From contig CM068756.1 in the NCBI GenBank assembly GCA_035084275.1, positions 6,262,001-6,326,000 of the forward strand: 64,000 nt of DNA, written 5' to 3'. A program made the translations under genes and the position numbers. Below, piece after piece: positions 1 to 13,865 of the stretch (positions are counted from its first letter, which is position 1; each line of letters starts with the position of its first letter). This DNA is from Hydrolagus colliei. Its lineage: Eukaryota. The notes under the pieces were generated by a model. It did not search any database and was not told where the DNA came from. It was given only the letters and a program-made list of their open reading frames with translations.

Positions 1-1144
1 AGTGCTGTGGGAACAGAAGAACAATAATGGAACAAATAGATCAGTGGAATTGTGAGAGGTGCTTCCCTCAGCTTGGTGTCAGTGTGTAACGTCCCTTACA
101 TATACCCAGCTGGTTACAGCAAGTGAGAGCAGCTCACTGCACAAATCTGCACAGATGCAGGTCTCGAAGCAGGCCACCCTTTGTGCTTGCTGGGGAATTC
201 CAATCACCGCTGCTATTTCTACACTGTGCCAAAAGAAACAGACACGAAAAGCTTTGCTTGCCTTAAGTCACTTTCCAAATTGGCTCCCAGGAGTTTTTTC
301 CCTCCTTGTCCGCAAAGCAGCTGAAATGTGTATGTTTTTCTCATTGTTGGAGATAAACAGACACCATACATTATCTAAGCAATGGCCACGCACCATTAGT
401 TTCTCTTTTTATTTTACTATTGGGTACCAGCAATGCTTGCAACTTGATTTCACCAAACCCAGACGGCATCGAGCTTCAGCACTTTTCAATTGACTTGGTT
501 GGATGCTTTGTCAAAGTGATATAATATATAGTGATGGAGGGGAGGGTGGGACGTGCCAGTGACTTGGTGCAGCTTTCACAAGTCCAAATAATTCACTATC
601 TGCTTATTGTAGAAGAGTGGAGTAAAACTGTTAATGGGGAAAATAAGAAACTAGTTTTTTTTTAAACAAGTCATATTTTCCAGTCTCGTCCATTCTTCTA
701 TAAATCCTTCCAATTCCCTCAAGAGCTGCTCCTCATTATATACAGCCTTCAATTCCATCAGCCAGGGCTCCAACAACACAAGCTGAGCAATCTACCACCA
801 ACTCAGGCGTGATCAGCCAACAAAAAGTATTTTACACTTGCAGCAGCATTTCGCCTCCACCCCCTGCCTCTAACAGAATGTGCGTCACTCCAATGTTGTG
901 CTCCATTCAGTAGCCTGGTTGGAAACCAACAAAACTTTCTGCCAATTAGGGACACACAAGCTTAACTCAGAAGTTTCCTGGAGGAGGGTGATCAGTGGTA
1001 AAGAAGGTTAAAGTCAAGCCTTGAAAACAGAAGCAAAAGGGAAGTGGAGTGGCAGAAGTAGTGAAGAGGGCCATTAATTTGGGGCCACTGTCAAATGGTG
1101 CCTTCAACTCAGCAAAATGCAGTATTCTTTTATTTTTAAAAGTA

Positions 1145-1245
1145 ATAATAATGATCCCGCATTTGATACGGTGCCTTAACCCATCATCAAAACGTTTTGA
1201 ATAACTTTACTGGAGTTTCCGAGAAAGTGCAGTGACTATGTATTT
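1145..1245 (-). mobile_element. 3' tail fragment of the tRNA/Deu SINE family
   Basis: aataataatgatcccgcatttgatac...aaagtgcagtgactatgtatttg is a diverged reverse complement of the tail of the full copies (e.g. 37208-37520). Confidence 0.55.
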
Positions 1246-3859
1246 GTTTATTTAGGTTTCACTAAGAGAAGGAAAATATTTATCAGAAAGAAATGAAATA
1301 CTCAAAACTCATCTTGGAGCTAAGAACTTACAATGTAGCACTAGAATTCCTGTCCCCTTTAAGTGACGGGCAGTTAAATCCACGACCATGTCTTTGGGTG
1401 ACAGGTGGACCACTGCTCGTGTTATTGAGCCCCCCATTGTCCTCTGATTACTGTGACACTGTAACACATTATTCAAGTCTGGCGTTTGTCTTTAACACTG
1501 CCGAGCAACTTAACTTTCCGCTCAGCGGCACCTTACAGATCACCAGGTGAACCAGCATGTCTATCTGTGTGTGCGTCGTCAAATTTGAGCCACAGATTTT
1601 AAAATGCCGCCTGCTTCATGCCTTGCAGTGATGATCTGATGCTGATCACATTTAAGTTGTTTATCATTAATTCTCTCATGGTCAACCATCGTGTGAAACA
1701 TGCTGATTTCCTCAACACTGGTGATGTAACAATGAAGAGTTACTGGACCAAGTGGCAAACGGTTGAACTTATTCTTAGCGAATCTAACTGTACAATGTTG
1801 TGGCACCGTTACAATTGCACTACTGCCAATCATGCCAAAGATTTTTTTACTGTGTGACCAGCTAAAATCATGTTTTCCAGCTAAAATCAAGAGGATAACG
1901 AATACGAAATCCTCCCAAATGGCTTGAAATCTATCAATATCAATCAATGCTTTCACCTTGACCACCCATCTCCCGATAAATCCGCCGTAAGATTAAAACT
2001 CCAGATGTCCATAACCTAATCGTGTCAAAAACCATCACTTTGTGGCATGAAACTCAGCAGAAGAGAACAAGGATTTTTGCATAAAGCCACTCGTGCTCCC
2101 AATCATCCTTTCTAATTCATATTCCAGCTTCGTTCATTAATCATTTTTAAAATTAGTGATCCATTTCTTCCACTCTGCCATCTGTACTCAGTGTTGTAAC
2201 AAACATGACACCTCCTTGTATAATAAAATCTGACAACTATGAAGTTGCATTTCTAAATACCTTTCGGTACATATATGCGCTCCCTCTGCAGATTGTCAGC
2301 ATGGAAAAAGTAGAATTCACCCTCAGCTTATTACATGGAGAACTTCTCTGTGTCAGGGGCATGTTTATTAAAATGGCCCCTTATTATGCACAATGGCAAA
2401 ATACATAATTCACTATAAATACATCACAGCTATTATTAGCGCTTTTGCTCACAACTTTCTCATGGCTAGGACTCGGTGTTAAATTAACCTCCTCCTTTCT
2501 CTTTCCTGTATTCTTTTCCCCCTACTTACAAGGCAACATACTGACACATTCAATTCTAGGTTATCAGCACAAGCGAATTACAGAATACTGACAGGGATAG
2601 AGGCCAGGCGTCTCTGGACTGATTAGCATCATTTAAGAAAGCATTCACTTGCCGGGTTCATCATCTCCAGAGACTCCGAGATGGGTGGCCTTTTAGCTTT
2701 AGGAGTCACCATTAAACAGACTGATTTGAGTTCAATATGCATGAAAAGAGCTTAATAAGGACTCAAGATGTAGGTAGTTATGTCTCAGTTCTTTCGTCTT
2801 GCCTCAAAATAATCTTCTAACATTACTGTTTAAATAAACCTTTCAAATTGCGCAAATGTTGAAGACTGTATCTTTTTAACTGTGTCATTTCTGAAAGCTG
2901 GGGTTTATATTCAATGTTTAAGGATCATTGAAATAACTTTATTTAGTGTCAAATCTGATTGATTTAAAAGCAATCACCTCCAAAATTATAGAATGTAGAG
3001 AAAGGTGCCCTTTAAATCCATGTAGGACAAGTCAGTTCAGAATTAAAAGTTTAAAAGAAAAACAGCTTAAGTTGGTCAGCTGCTAGGCACATGGTAGCAA
3101 TAAGTGTAACAGTAGATTGAAGCACAATTATTGCAGCTTTACTCACCTCCTGATCTTGGTTTATCAGCAAAACATCCCCTGTTTAGGAGGCACGGTGAAA
3201 TGGGAGGAATAGCAAAGAAATGCAAGGCCGACAAAGCAGCAGGCACAATATTGTGAAAGGGAAATGTGCAGATCTCAACCTTGACCCTGAACTTTTACTG
3301 TCTTTTTAACATTAAACATTCACCCCGCCTTCCGAAAGATAAATGTGGCTTTCGATGACAGCCAATGTTATTTGAGGATTAAAATAGTCTTCGCACAGCC
3401 CTCAACATTAAAGCCTTCCGCATTTGCAAAATTACAAACAGATGCAACTCAAGTACCTGCAAATAATCTGCCAAGAACAATTTCAAAAGGGAGATTTCAA
3501 AATATGTGGAAGTCATTAGAACGTGTATTATTTTTGCACTGAATAGGCGCCATGAGTGTCTGAACAAGCAGATGGATACAAACTTTTTTCTGAAGCCTTC
3601 AAAAGTAAATTTGCTTTTTTTTTAAAAAAAAAGACAGGAGTATTGGCCCTGGCATTCCTGTGGCTGGCGAAATTAGATTGATCACGACCTGCGTGAAAAC
3701 AGGCAGGATCAATTTGACCTTGGAAATGTTCCCGAAATGTTACACTACGGTTTTAGTGACCATGCTGGCGTGCTTAAACGGTGCTGGTCAAACTGAGGAT
3801 CAATTCCTCCACGTTTAGTGCTCCTCAAGAACAGATGTCAAAATCTTTCACGGGGAGAA

Positions 3860-3907
3860 AATAACCGGTTATTGTTATTGTGAAAGGCCATTTACGCGAT
3901 CGCGTAA
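3860..3907. repeat. Two adjacent perfect palindromes (14 bp and 16 bp)
   Basis: aataaccggttatt (3860-3873) and ttacgcgatcgcgtaa (3892-3907) each equal their own reverse complement. Confidence 0.9.
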
Positions 3908-5724
3908 TCTTGTTATATTTTGTCCCAAAAGGTTCTGAGAAATGAATAAAAGTAATATATTGAAGCAAAACTCCCTCAACATGGAGTTAAGGATGGAGAC
4001 AGGTGCCTGAAGGTCTCATTGCCCAGTTTTTAGCTCAGCAAGTCGGGTGCTGTTATTTTCATACGGATATTTGCAGTCACAAAACTCCTAGTTGACCTTT
4101 CAGTTTAGTTTCAGTTGCCTGTCGCACAGCATTGGACTGTAGTCATTTTGGACAACTGATCATTTATTTTTAAGAATAATTGAAGGATGACAAACTCCAA
4201 AATGAACATCAGCTAACTTAGCTTTACACTTCCAATGCTCTATGAGTTTGAATGTGGATAGCTTCCTCACTCGCTCTTGTGCACTGGCATCACACCATGA
4301 AATCTCTGATGCTCCACTCGCAATTACCTCAATGCTCTCACACACAGTAGTCAGTATTATAGGATAGTACAGAAATATCACTGAATGACTCCAACTCACG
4401 TTTTCCCAATTGTCATGTATAGGTTTCCTGTAAATATTCCCCGTACTATTAGCGATCTGATCATTCACAAAAGATGCTCCTACTGTACTTTACAGCCTGT
4501 GTTAGTCTAGTTAGTCTAGTACAGGTGCAACTTGTATTGCCATGTCTTTGAACAGGCAGCCAGATGTATGTTGGCCCGATGGTTTTGAAGCGATTTCACA
4601 CTAATGTTTTAACGTCGTACGTCATTCTTACAAATTTGAGAAACAAAGGTGTTGCAACCGATTACAAAGGCAATGAAACTTCTCACTTTCATTGCTCAAG
4701 CCCTTTTGAAGTATATATCCTGTCATCCAGAACTGAAATACTGGTCACAAAGATTTCGGACACACAGACCTTTCATTGTTGCCACAAGCATACAAAGCAG
4801 TAGAAGTTACATTATTGTGAGGTGCAGGGAATACCTTGTAACTAATCAAGATTCTTGCAAATAGATTGCTAGCCCAGTCAATTCCAGAAGTCTCTCAGAT
4901 TTTGTTAGCCACTTAAACAGGAATTTAGCCGCACCTATGCTTTTTTTTGCCCAATCAACATAATTCATACTTAATAGCAGGGTAGAATTCTATAATATGT
5001 GGCAGATTGCTGAGCAGGAGCTGATTGGCAGATTGCTTGCTAAAGATGACAAAAAAAAACGAAAGAATTCCATTCGTTGCAAACAATAATTTATCGTTTT
5101 TAAATCATCGCATAATTTTCTTACAAAAAGAATAATGAATGGCGAAGTGGATCTTGGAGGTTACATTGCAGGAGCTTAGCCTGACCTGACTTCCTGGACT
5201 GCATACAATTCAGTGCCAAAGACAGGAACAGTTGACAGTGACACTAACCCTCACACCAAATCAGTATGCCATGCTTGACTTTGCATTTTGTTTTGAGGTT
5301 GGACAAGCAAAAAATTAAATGAAACAGTGGAGGCACTTTTATTTCACAATTATATACCAGAGGAAACAATCTAACAAAGCATTTAAGAAAATAAATTAAA
5401 GATGGTGCATACACAACAGCTTTTAACCACCAATGCAAGCTAAAGAAACTGTTAAGCATCACTTCAGCTAGGGCAGAATTAGAGGAGCTTGTACTTAGCA
5501 TTTTTTAAAAAAAAATTAAAAGTGGCTTATGAGGGAAATGGTTAAAATTGTTGTTAAGGTGGATGTAAGCCTGTGTTCCACTGCAGTCTGCGGAACATTA
5601 CATTTAAAGCACATAGAAGATAAAACTTAAAATTAGCAGAAAAGAGAAAGCAGTTTTGTCTCTCATGTGGCTGCCAGGGTATTATGTTATAGCATCTAAG
5701 TGTGGGAAATTAGACTTGTGTAAA

Positions 5725-5790
5725 GTATAAACGCCAGCATGAACTGGTTGGGTCAAGCGGCCTGTCTCAGTGCTGTACATTCTTTGCGAA
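5725..5790 (+). mobile_element. CR1-type 3' tail fragment
   Basis: ataaacgccagcatgaactggttgggtcaagcggcctgtctcagtgctgtacattct resembles the chondrichthyan CR1/HE1 3' terminus (recalled) and the tail at 21495-21620. Confidence 0.5.
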
Positions 5791-6599
5791 TTCATTTGTA
5801 AATAGCAATGTTTTGCTGCTTTAAGGACCGAAGGCTTTTGCTCGGATTTAAAAACTGGAACATTCAAGATCTTCAGATTATAAGAATGTTCAGAACAAAT
5901 AGAAGTCATTGAACCCAGCCCAACCCCCCACCAGATGGTGCAGCAAGCAATGTACGTCTCGGACTTAATTTAATCTACTGAAATAGGTGGATAACTTCAC
6001 ATAAAACTTCCAAAAAAGAAAACTCCACAAACTTTCTCCCTGGCCCCTGAATGTACTTAAGTAAAACCAAAGTATATCAATGTAACATTACAATCTACAT
6101 AATCCAACCCTGGCTGGTTGTATTCTACACAAGATGTTTCCATGGTCCCCACAGGCTGGAACAATAGTGTTCCACACAGTATTTGACTGACTATGTCTAT
6201 GCCTGTCCTTATAATTGTCAGTCCTGCTCCCCCGATGGCTCAGCGAGTTTATTCAGTGAGTTTATTCAGCTCTGCGAAACAGCCACCAGCAGAGCAGCCA
6301 CACAGCAGACGGCAGACAGGTCCTGCCAGAATCTTAATAACCAATTTTTTTTGGCACAATTTAGCCAATTCAGCTCATTTTGTTTAACTCTGGACTTCGG
6401 ACATTCAGAGTAAAGTTGCTTTCATATTTCTTTCCGTCATAACAGCCTGACCATCAATCGTATGGGCTAATTGATAATTCACCTCATGCTGTTTAGTGGG
6501 GCACAAATGGCTGCTGAGCTTCCTAAAAATCAGTCAATCCACTCCACAGTGATTTCCTGTGAGGCACTTTGAGATGTACTGAGATAATGTACTGAAGTA

Positions 6600-6950
6600 C
6601 AAAATGCTCGTTCATTAAAAACTTTTTTTTTAAAAAAGAACCTACATCCTCTTGTTCTACTGTCATGACACATCCTAAAGTATTGATCTGGATTTACTTT
6701 TTCAATCCCATTTAAAATTTTGGGATATCTGAATGGGGACACCTGAATCCCCTTCTAAATTATCTTCTCTAAATACTGAAAACGTTGGAGCTAATTACAA
6801 CACAGGAACATAAGAACATCCAAAATTCTAGATGAAAAAAAGACCAAGGTCCGTCAAGTTGGCCTTCCACCTACCTGGTGGTCGCCTGCACATACTTTCC
6901 GAACTACGTACTTTAATCCCATAAAGTTATTTCCTAAAAGAAATCTATCT
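6600..6950 (-). mobile_element. CR1 LINE fragments (ORF2 C-terminus plus 3' UTR)
   Basis: Minus-strand KILNGIEKVNPDQYFRMCHDSRTRG matches the CR1 ORF2 C-terminal 'K I x x G x D x V ... RTRGH' motif; the adjacent aggaacataagaac... segment resembles a CR1 3' end. Confidence 0.7.
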
Positions 6951-8084
6951 TCTTACTTACTCATCGAGAGATGTTTTCACACGTCTGAGTGTTAGACTCT
7001 TCCACACCGTGCAGTAGATCTCCCCAAATAGTATGAGTGGAGACATGCAGTTTCTCTGCACAGACCCTCATGTAACATCAGCTTCTGTTTCAAACCAGGC
7101 TCACAAAGGGCTGGTGCCCATTCTCCACAGGTGTAATTCTTAGCCTGCTGTGAACTTACTCTGTACCTGCTGTTCCCTCGTCACACTCCACCATTGCAAC
7201 TCCTGTTTCATCAGTCAGTGTCCAGGCACTTATTCAGTGCTTTTACATGTTACCTAAATACCATGCAGCGGACGCTACTGGGTTTGTGGGGATTGGGGAA
7301 GTTGGTTGGTGCTCTTGGGGTACATCAGAGTTACAGGGGTAATCTCATTGTTCTGTGCAGAGAGCAGATGGGACATTGTTAGTGCACTCATTTGGTACTG
7401 TACTATAGTGCTAAATGCCCCAACACAACTGCAGTGTTTTCATGACACTTACCACGAAGTGCTTGTACACAATTACCATGCAAGGTAATTATCATATCAC
7501 ATAATGCGAATCAGGCAATGTCATACCAAGCAAATACCTACCAACCCACTTTACACTACTCCAACAGCCATGTAGCTCTGCCATCAGCACTTTGCAGTGC
7601 AAGGATCTATTTGGGTGTCAGGACATTCTGCGATGGGAACCACTACGCGATATCCTTTGTTCCCTTTGATTCAATGATACTTTCACCTTTTTGATCTTGC
7701 AAGGGGTCGAGTGGTTGAACTCATGGAAGATTATTTATTCTGCATGGAATCTTTGCCTATCGAATACGGCATGAAGGCTGCCAATTTCACAAGTCCTTTA
7801 TTAGATCTGCTCAAAAAGCCATTTTCAGTGGGAGGAAGACAATGGCTACCTTTTTGTCTGTCAAAGTTGCCTCTCTAAATCCTCCTTTTCGCTATTCCTT
7901 CTTCCTGAAAGATGGTTCAGTTATTAATTTTGCTAGAGGCGAAAGAATGTATCTGACCTCTTTGGCTCAATCTGTCTCCTCTAATTCTAAACTTGATGCT
8001 GTAGCAAAAACGCCTGGCTCCTTTCCTGCAATCTTGCCTTATGACCAATACCTTAGTGTCCCAAACCCTAAACTGAATGACTAC

Positions 8085-8215
8085 CAAAATTGGCAGTATA
8101 TTTTTCCCACAAAATATACAGTTAATTCACTTTAGGGTATATTCTGTGAAGCATTTTGAAATGCCTCAAAGACGTAATAAGGCACTAAATCAAATGCAAG
8201 GATTATTATTATTAC
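8085..8215 (+). mobile_element. 5'-truncated tRNA/Deu SINE
   Basis: Ends ...ttctgtgaagcattttgaaatg...aaatgcaaggattattattatt, the same tail as the full copies. Confidence 0.8.
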
Positions 8216-8790
8216 ATTTACTTCCAAGGAAATAATTTGTTGAGAAAGTCTCGGACAATTCTGTAGTATCAATTGATGTGTCACTGGAAATTAGATATAT
8301 AGCAATATTTTTATGGGTACAATTATTTCCAATAATTATGTTACGTTGACAATTGTAATGTTACAGAATGCAATTAATCTTAAAACTATTGATGGAAAAT
8401 GTAACCTCCTTTGTCACTGTAAAAAGGTTTCATTATTATCATCTCAATCCATTTTCTAATAATGTACAATTACCACACTAGAGGAACAGCAGCAGTACTT
8501 GTGATGAGTTTACATATCATGAGACATTACCGTTTGGAAATATTGTGATGTCCTTATGGGAAATTAGTATGTGTTTTATTTCTGCATCACTAGGGTTTGG
8601 ACAATGTGAGTGTTTTTTATAACGGGGAGGAACTATCCTTTTACGTGATTTCCCTTTTGGCTGTAGACGCATCTGCTAATCAGCTGTGACAGTTCAATGT
8701 GGAATGAATTTAGCTGATTTCAATCCACTTCTCAGTTCCGAAGGAGTCTTGCGCACTGGTCAGTGTGCAAAACATAAATATTCACATTAC

Positions 8791-9108
8791 AATAATAATA
8801 CTTGCATTTGATATAGCACTTTTCACATTTTCAAGACGTCTCAAAGCTCCTCACAGAATATATTGTAAAGTGAATTGACTGTACATTTGTGAGCAAAATA
8901 CAGCAGCCAATTGCACATAGCAGTGTCACACAAACAGTTGTGGATTTAAGTGATCAATTTATTGTTGTTTATTTTCCTTCAGGCATTATTATCAAGCATG
9001 TGAAGTAAGGAAACTCGCCCAAGGTTTTGCCCTGCTGGGTATCAAAGGTTTTGCCCTCCAGGTCTCTCGCTTGTGAGGCGCGGGTTCTAACCACTGAGCT
9101 GCAGGAGC
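8791..9108 (-). mobile_element. Full-length tRNA-derived Deu-domain SINE (SINE2-1_CM-like)
   Basis: Reverse complement begins gctcctgcagctcagtggttagaac (A-box), has the Deu-like tgctatgtgcaattggctgctg and ends aaatgcaagtattattatt. Confidence 0.85.
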
Positions 9109-10594
9109 ATGGAGTTTCTGGTAACGGTTCATTACTAAATAGACTGAGCTTATATTTGTTTGTGCCCAGCACATCTTGTCTGGATAATTAGTACCACAAG
9201 TCACAATATATCCAAATGTTTTATCCAGATTTGGAAAATGTGAACTGAAGTCATAAGAATACCGCTTACATTACAATTGTGTCGACATTTGAATGATATA
9301 AACCAATTTGAAAATCAGATACCAGTACTGCACAGCTGATTATTAACATGGAACTAGAGGTAGAGGGAATGCCTTGAATTTAAAATAAAGAATAAACATG
9401 TACTGGTGGTGAAATGCACCATTATGTGCAAGTTAGGAATGAGGTATATGATTTGGCTCCAGGTTGTGTTGAATTACCGATTTCAGACAGTACCAGAGTT
9501 TAACTGAGATTGATGTCCTCCAATGATTCCTGCTAGGAGTACAGATTGCAATGAGCGAGAACAGATTCGGATCGAGTTATCATGGGTTAGGGGGTAGAAG
9601 GACTTAAGTGGGGGTAAACTAGAGGCAGAGAATATGGAGGAAATACAAGTCCAGACTGCAGCACAGCAATAGCTTTCACGGAGCAGGACCAGTGCGAAGA
9701 TCCACTTCACTGAACAGAAATTAAAAATGCAAAACCGCTTTCTGTTTGCACACACTGCCTTCATTGCTGTTAATGGAATAATTTTAGTTGTCAATTTTTT
9801 CCCCAGATTATGCATCTTGCCATGTTTACCGCCCAAATCACACACAGTCACCTTCTGTGTAACATGCTGCATGACTTCTGTTATTTGTGGAACTTGCCAA
9901 ATTTCAGCAACCAGCAAAAATAAACTGTACAAAATGCTTTGTTGTCAGAACTCTTCCATTCTAATTAAAAGTAGGCAAATATGTGCAACAGAAAATTATC
10001 GTGGATATTTCACTGTGAATGACTGATAAGCTAATAAAAATATGTGGCAATCAGGTTTGTCACTCAACAGGCATTTGGAATGTACGATTTTTACATAATG
10101 TTACTGTTGCAAATAGATATACTTATCAGACCATCTGCTTAAGATAGACTGTGTTTCAGTCTTGGAATAATATTTCTCCATATGAATTCATGGAATGCGG
10201 GCTTTTGACAATTTCTATCAACCACTCATAACATTCCTTCCTGCCTCATTCGAGCCGGTAGGAAAAAAAAATCAATTGTGTAGTGCACTACATGTGCCCT
10301 CCTGTTAAAAGATGACAGATAGAGAGAATGAGGACTTCAAAGCAAACCACAAAAGCGAGGTGGGAGTGGCAGGGTAGTGGAGTGAGGGGTGAAAGAAAGT
10401 CTGCAGATTGAACTTTTAGATTTTACCCAACTAACAGTGGACGTATGCCATGCACCATAAGCACTGAAATGCAGTAATGCAAAATCTGTGTGACAATCAA
10501 GCTTCACCCCAGTTTGACCAATAGTTTCAGATCATAAATACTCCTTGTTCCACAGGCATTCACTAACAAAATATATACAGTAGTACTACACTTT

Positions 10595-10675
10595 ACAGTG
10601 AAATCCTGCGAAGCGTTTTGAGACATCCACCCGACGTGAAAGGCACTATACCAAATGCAAGGATTGTAGTAGATT
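10595..10675 (+). mobile_element. L2/SINE 3' tail
   Basis: gcgaagcgttttgagacatccacccgacgtgaaaggcactataccaaatgcaaggattgtagtag. Confidence 0.65.
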
Positions 10676-13339
10676 AACATCAAATTTTGGGTTAAACGAA
10701 CAAAACGTGTATTTGTGTCCATAAACTTCAAGATGTTCTAAAGACAGATTACTGTCATCGCTTGCATTGAAGTAGACAGTATGGAATTTCATAGAAGATT
10801 GGAATCTAATATGCGAATGCAATCAAACAGAATCAATACTGTTACAGTTTTTAATCCGAACGTAATAAAATGGACATACAAATGAAAATCAACACCAGTG
10901 GGCACGGAAGCCTTTCCCAGGAGTCTCCAGGTTTATATTTCATAAGGAGTTTTATCCAGACAAATGCACATCAATATGATACATAAAGGTTTGTGATTAT
11001 TATTTTTCAGGAAGAGAGGATGCCAATCATTCGTTTATTCTAAAGTGGAACTGGTTCAATTCACAGTAAGCCTGCGTAAATAGGAATTCAAATTGAAACC
11101 AGTATGCTGTGTGTGTTGTACCAAAGTGAGTTTAAAATAACGCCTATTATGGTGTGCAGAGGAAACAAGCTGATGTGAATGTTTACCTTCTGAGTTGGCG
11201 TCGTAGAAAATGTGAGATACAATCACAGCATATTAAATGACAAAGAAAATTCTGATGACTTATGTTCAGAGGAAAGTACGTGCCAGTGTTAGATTCTTGC
11301 ATTTGTTTGAAAAGAACAGGGAACATATCTTGGGTTTTAATCTGGGACATAGAGCGAGGAGTGACACCACACCACCACTTTATATACAATTTTCCACTTT
11401 ATCTTCAATAGCTGTATGTACAGTAAGATAACAGGTCCCAGTTCACAAGTAATTTTTATTTCTTTGGGGCATAAAGAGGTCAATCATGACTTCCTTAGAT
11501 ACTGTTGGTAACGAATGATGCAAACACATTTAATCCTCTATCGGTGGCCTACGGCTAGCTACAATTTTGTTTGGTCGCCTTAGGGGCTTAAGTTCCTCAA
11601 TTATAATCACAAAATCTGATTATATCATAAGACTCCTATTTCTGTCTGGTGGTGATTGTTATCTCTGTGACTTCCTTCACATGAACCCTTTTAACCAACT
11701 ACTCCAGAATAACAAATCATTACGTTATTCTAAAACAAAATCACTTATGTTTTAGTTCGCTTCTTTGTAAAACAAATATGTTTTTCGCTTCAAAGATATT
11801 GCTTCCTTTTCGAACGGATATGAGAAAGCCAACCTGCAATTTAGTTACTGGTGGAAGCTAAAGATTTGGAACAAATATAATCAAAATGTGTGGAGCTGAA
11901 AGGATGAAATACATTCCAGTTTTAAATTCGAAAGATGTCATTTCTAAGGAATCTCACAATAGTTAACAATAAAGTTTAATTCAGCACCATCACTGATGAT
12001 GGAAACTATGTACAATTTGAATATAAAAAATATAGCTTCCAATACCAATAAAAGCTCATAGTATACATATGAATCTCTGTAAATGTTTGTGAAATTGGTC
12101 AGTCACACACACCGAGAGCTCAGTTTAATTCCATTACTGCTACTGTTGTTTACAGCCTGCAGGACCCCAATGTCACAGCACAAAACTCGTGCCCAATTTA
12201 ATATCGTGATACAATAGTTTGTTGCTTTAAACAAACATCTCAGAAGCAGTTGTCAAACAGGACTGGAATGCCTCAATGTCCTGGAACAATCCCAGTGATA
12301 TTACATCCCATCCATGTTTGGCCAGTTTATTTTCCCTGTTATTTAGTCGATATAGCGGTCACAAGTGGAGCATCATTACACAGATCAAAACCCATGAAGA
12401 GGATATGTTGGTGGTGATCTTTCACACCCCCAACACATTTACAATTCCATTCTGCAACTACTTACTGGTGAAATACTAAACCTCAATGCAAATTCCAATA
12501 TATTGGCACCGCAAATCAGATAAGGACACGGAACAAAACTAGAATGCTAACCTGAAATTAATGCTATTCACACTTCTAGCTATTTAATCTTAAGGGTTGT
12601 GGCACCTGCAAATATCAGATAATGACACCAACTGAAAATCACACAGTGGCAAGTGGAAAGAGAGAAACAAAAAGCCAAAATATATCTGGCTTTATCAAGT
12701 TAAAAGTGTTCCACAACCAAACAAGTAAGACAGAACTAGGTTGAAAAGACTAAACATTATCATTAATATGCAGCAAAAGGGCATCTTATAATAATCCTTG
12801 CATTTTGACAATTTGATGCTTGTCCCAGAAGGGCAGACCCAATAAACAAATGTTTATAAAAGATATAGTGCACGTCTTTGCAGTCAAGATAAATGCAGAC
12901 CTTTGTTCAACAGTGCCGTAACCTTAACAGGGAAAAATCACACTCACTCAACAACCACTTTATTAGTGTGGATAAGGGAGGCAGGGAGTTCAGCTAACCA
13001 ATGCCACAGCAGAGGCTGATTTTAATTAAAATAAAATTAGTTTGCCACATGGAGTACCTCGTACTGGTATATTGTCAGTTTTAAAGAGTTTCAAGCTAAC
13101 AAGTGATGGATCATCTGCCCCATACTATGTGCGTACAGCAATAATTGAATGAGTTTCAAGGCTGTGATCCATTCGAGGACTATAAGTGAAGCCTGCGTGA
13201 CTCGGGGATGCTGCCTGAACCTAATGATTAGTTTCGGCCTTTCCATCTTATTTATGATATATGCCAAACATTTTGCTCATTATTAAGCTGCATTGAGCAA
13301 AATGCCTGTATCTGAAAGTTATACAAATATGTTGTACAC

Positions 13340-13865
13340 AAGCTGCAGATCATCCAGAACACTGCAGTTCATGTCCTCTCCTGCACCAAGCTCCCATCAC
13401 ACCTAACCTGCCTGGCTCCACTGGCTCCCCATCCCTCAGAAGATTGAGTTGAAAATCCTGTCTTCACCTTCAAGGCCCTCCATGGCCTTGCCCCTGCTAC
13501 ATCTATGACCTGCTAACCCCTTATCAAACTGTCCACTCCCTCTACTCAGCAGGCTCTGGTCTGCTCCGTGTCCCCCGAACGCCCCGCCCCATCATCAGTG
13601 GTCGAGCCTTCAGCCTTTATGTCCCCACCCTCTGGAATGCCATCCCACATTTCCTTCACCTTGTTGCCTCCCTTTTCTCCTTCTAGGCACACCTCAAAAC
13701 CCTCCTCTTCAACCATGCCTTCAGCCACTCTCTGCCCTCCACCCACCATGATCTCCAACATTCCCCACCCCACCATCCTCACTCGGGTCTTGATCCATGA
13801 CTGTTCCACACCTTGGGACATCCTTCCGACCTGAGGATGCTTTTTACAAATGTAATTTTGAATTC
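13340..13865 (+). mobile_element. L2 LINE 3' fragment
   Basis: Across frameshifts reads KLQIIQNTAVHVL...LHWLPIPQKIELKI...FTFKALHGLAP...GRAFS..SPTLWNAIP..LKTLLF, typical of the L2 ORF2 C-terminus; L2 tail ccttgggacatcc...tacaaatgtaa. Confidence 0.85.

Noticed and set aside
59-493. Longest ORFs (59-493, 9483-9932, 18861-19364)
   Set aside because: Several have non-ATG starts, composition looks random, and there is no domain or convincing exon structure.
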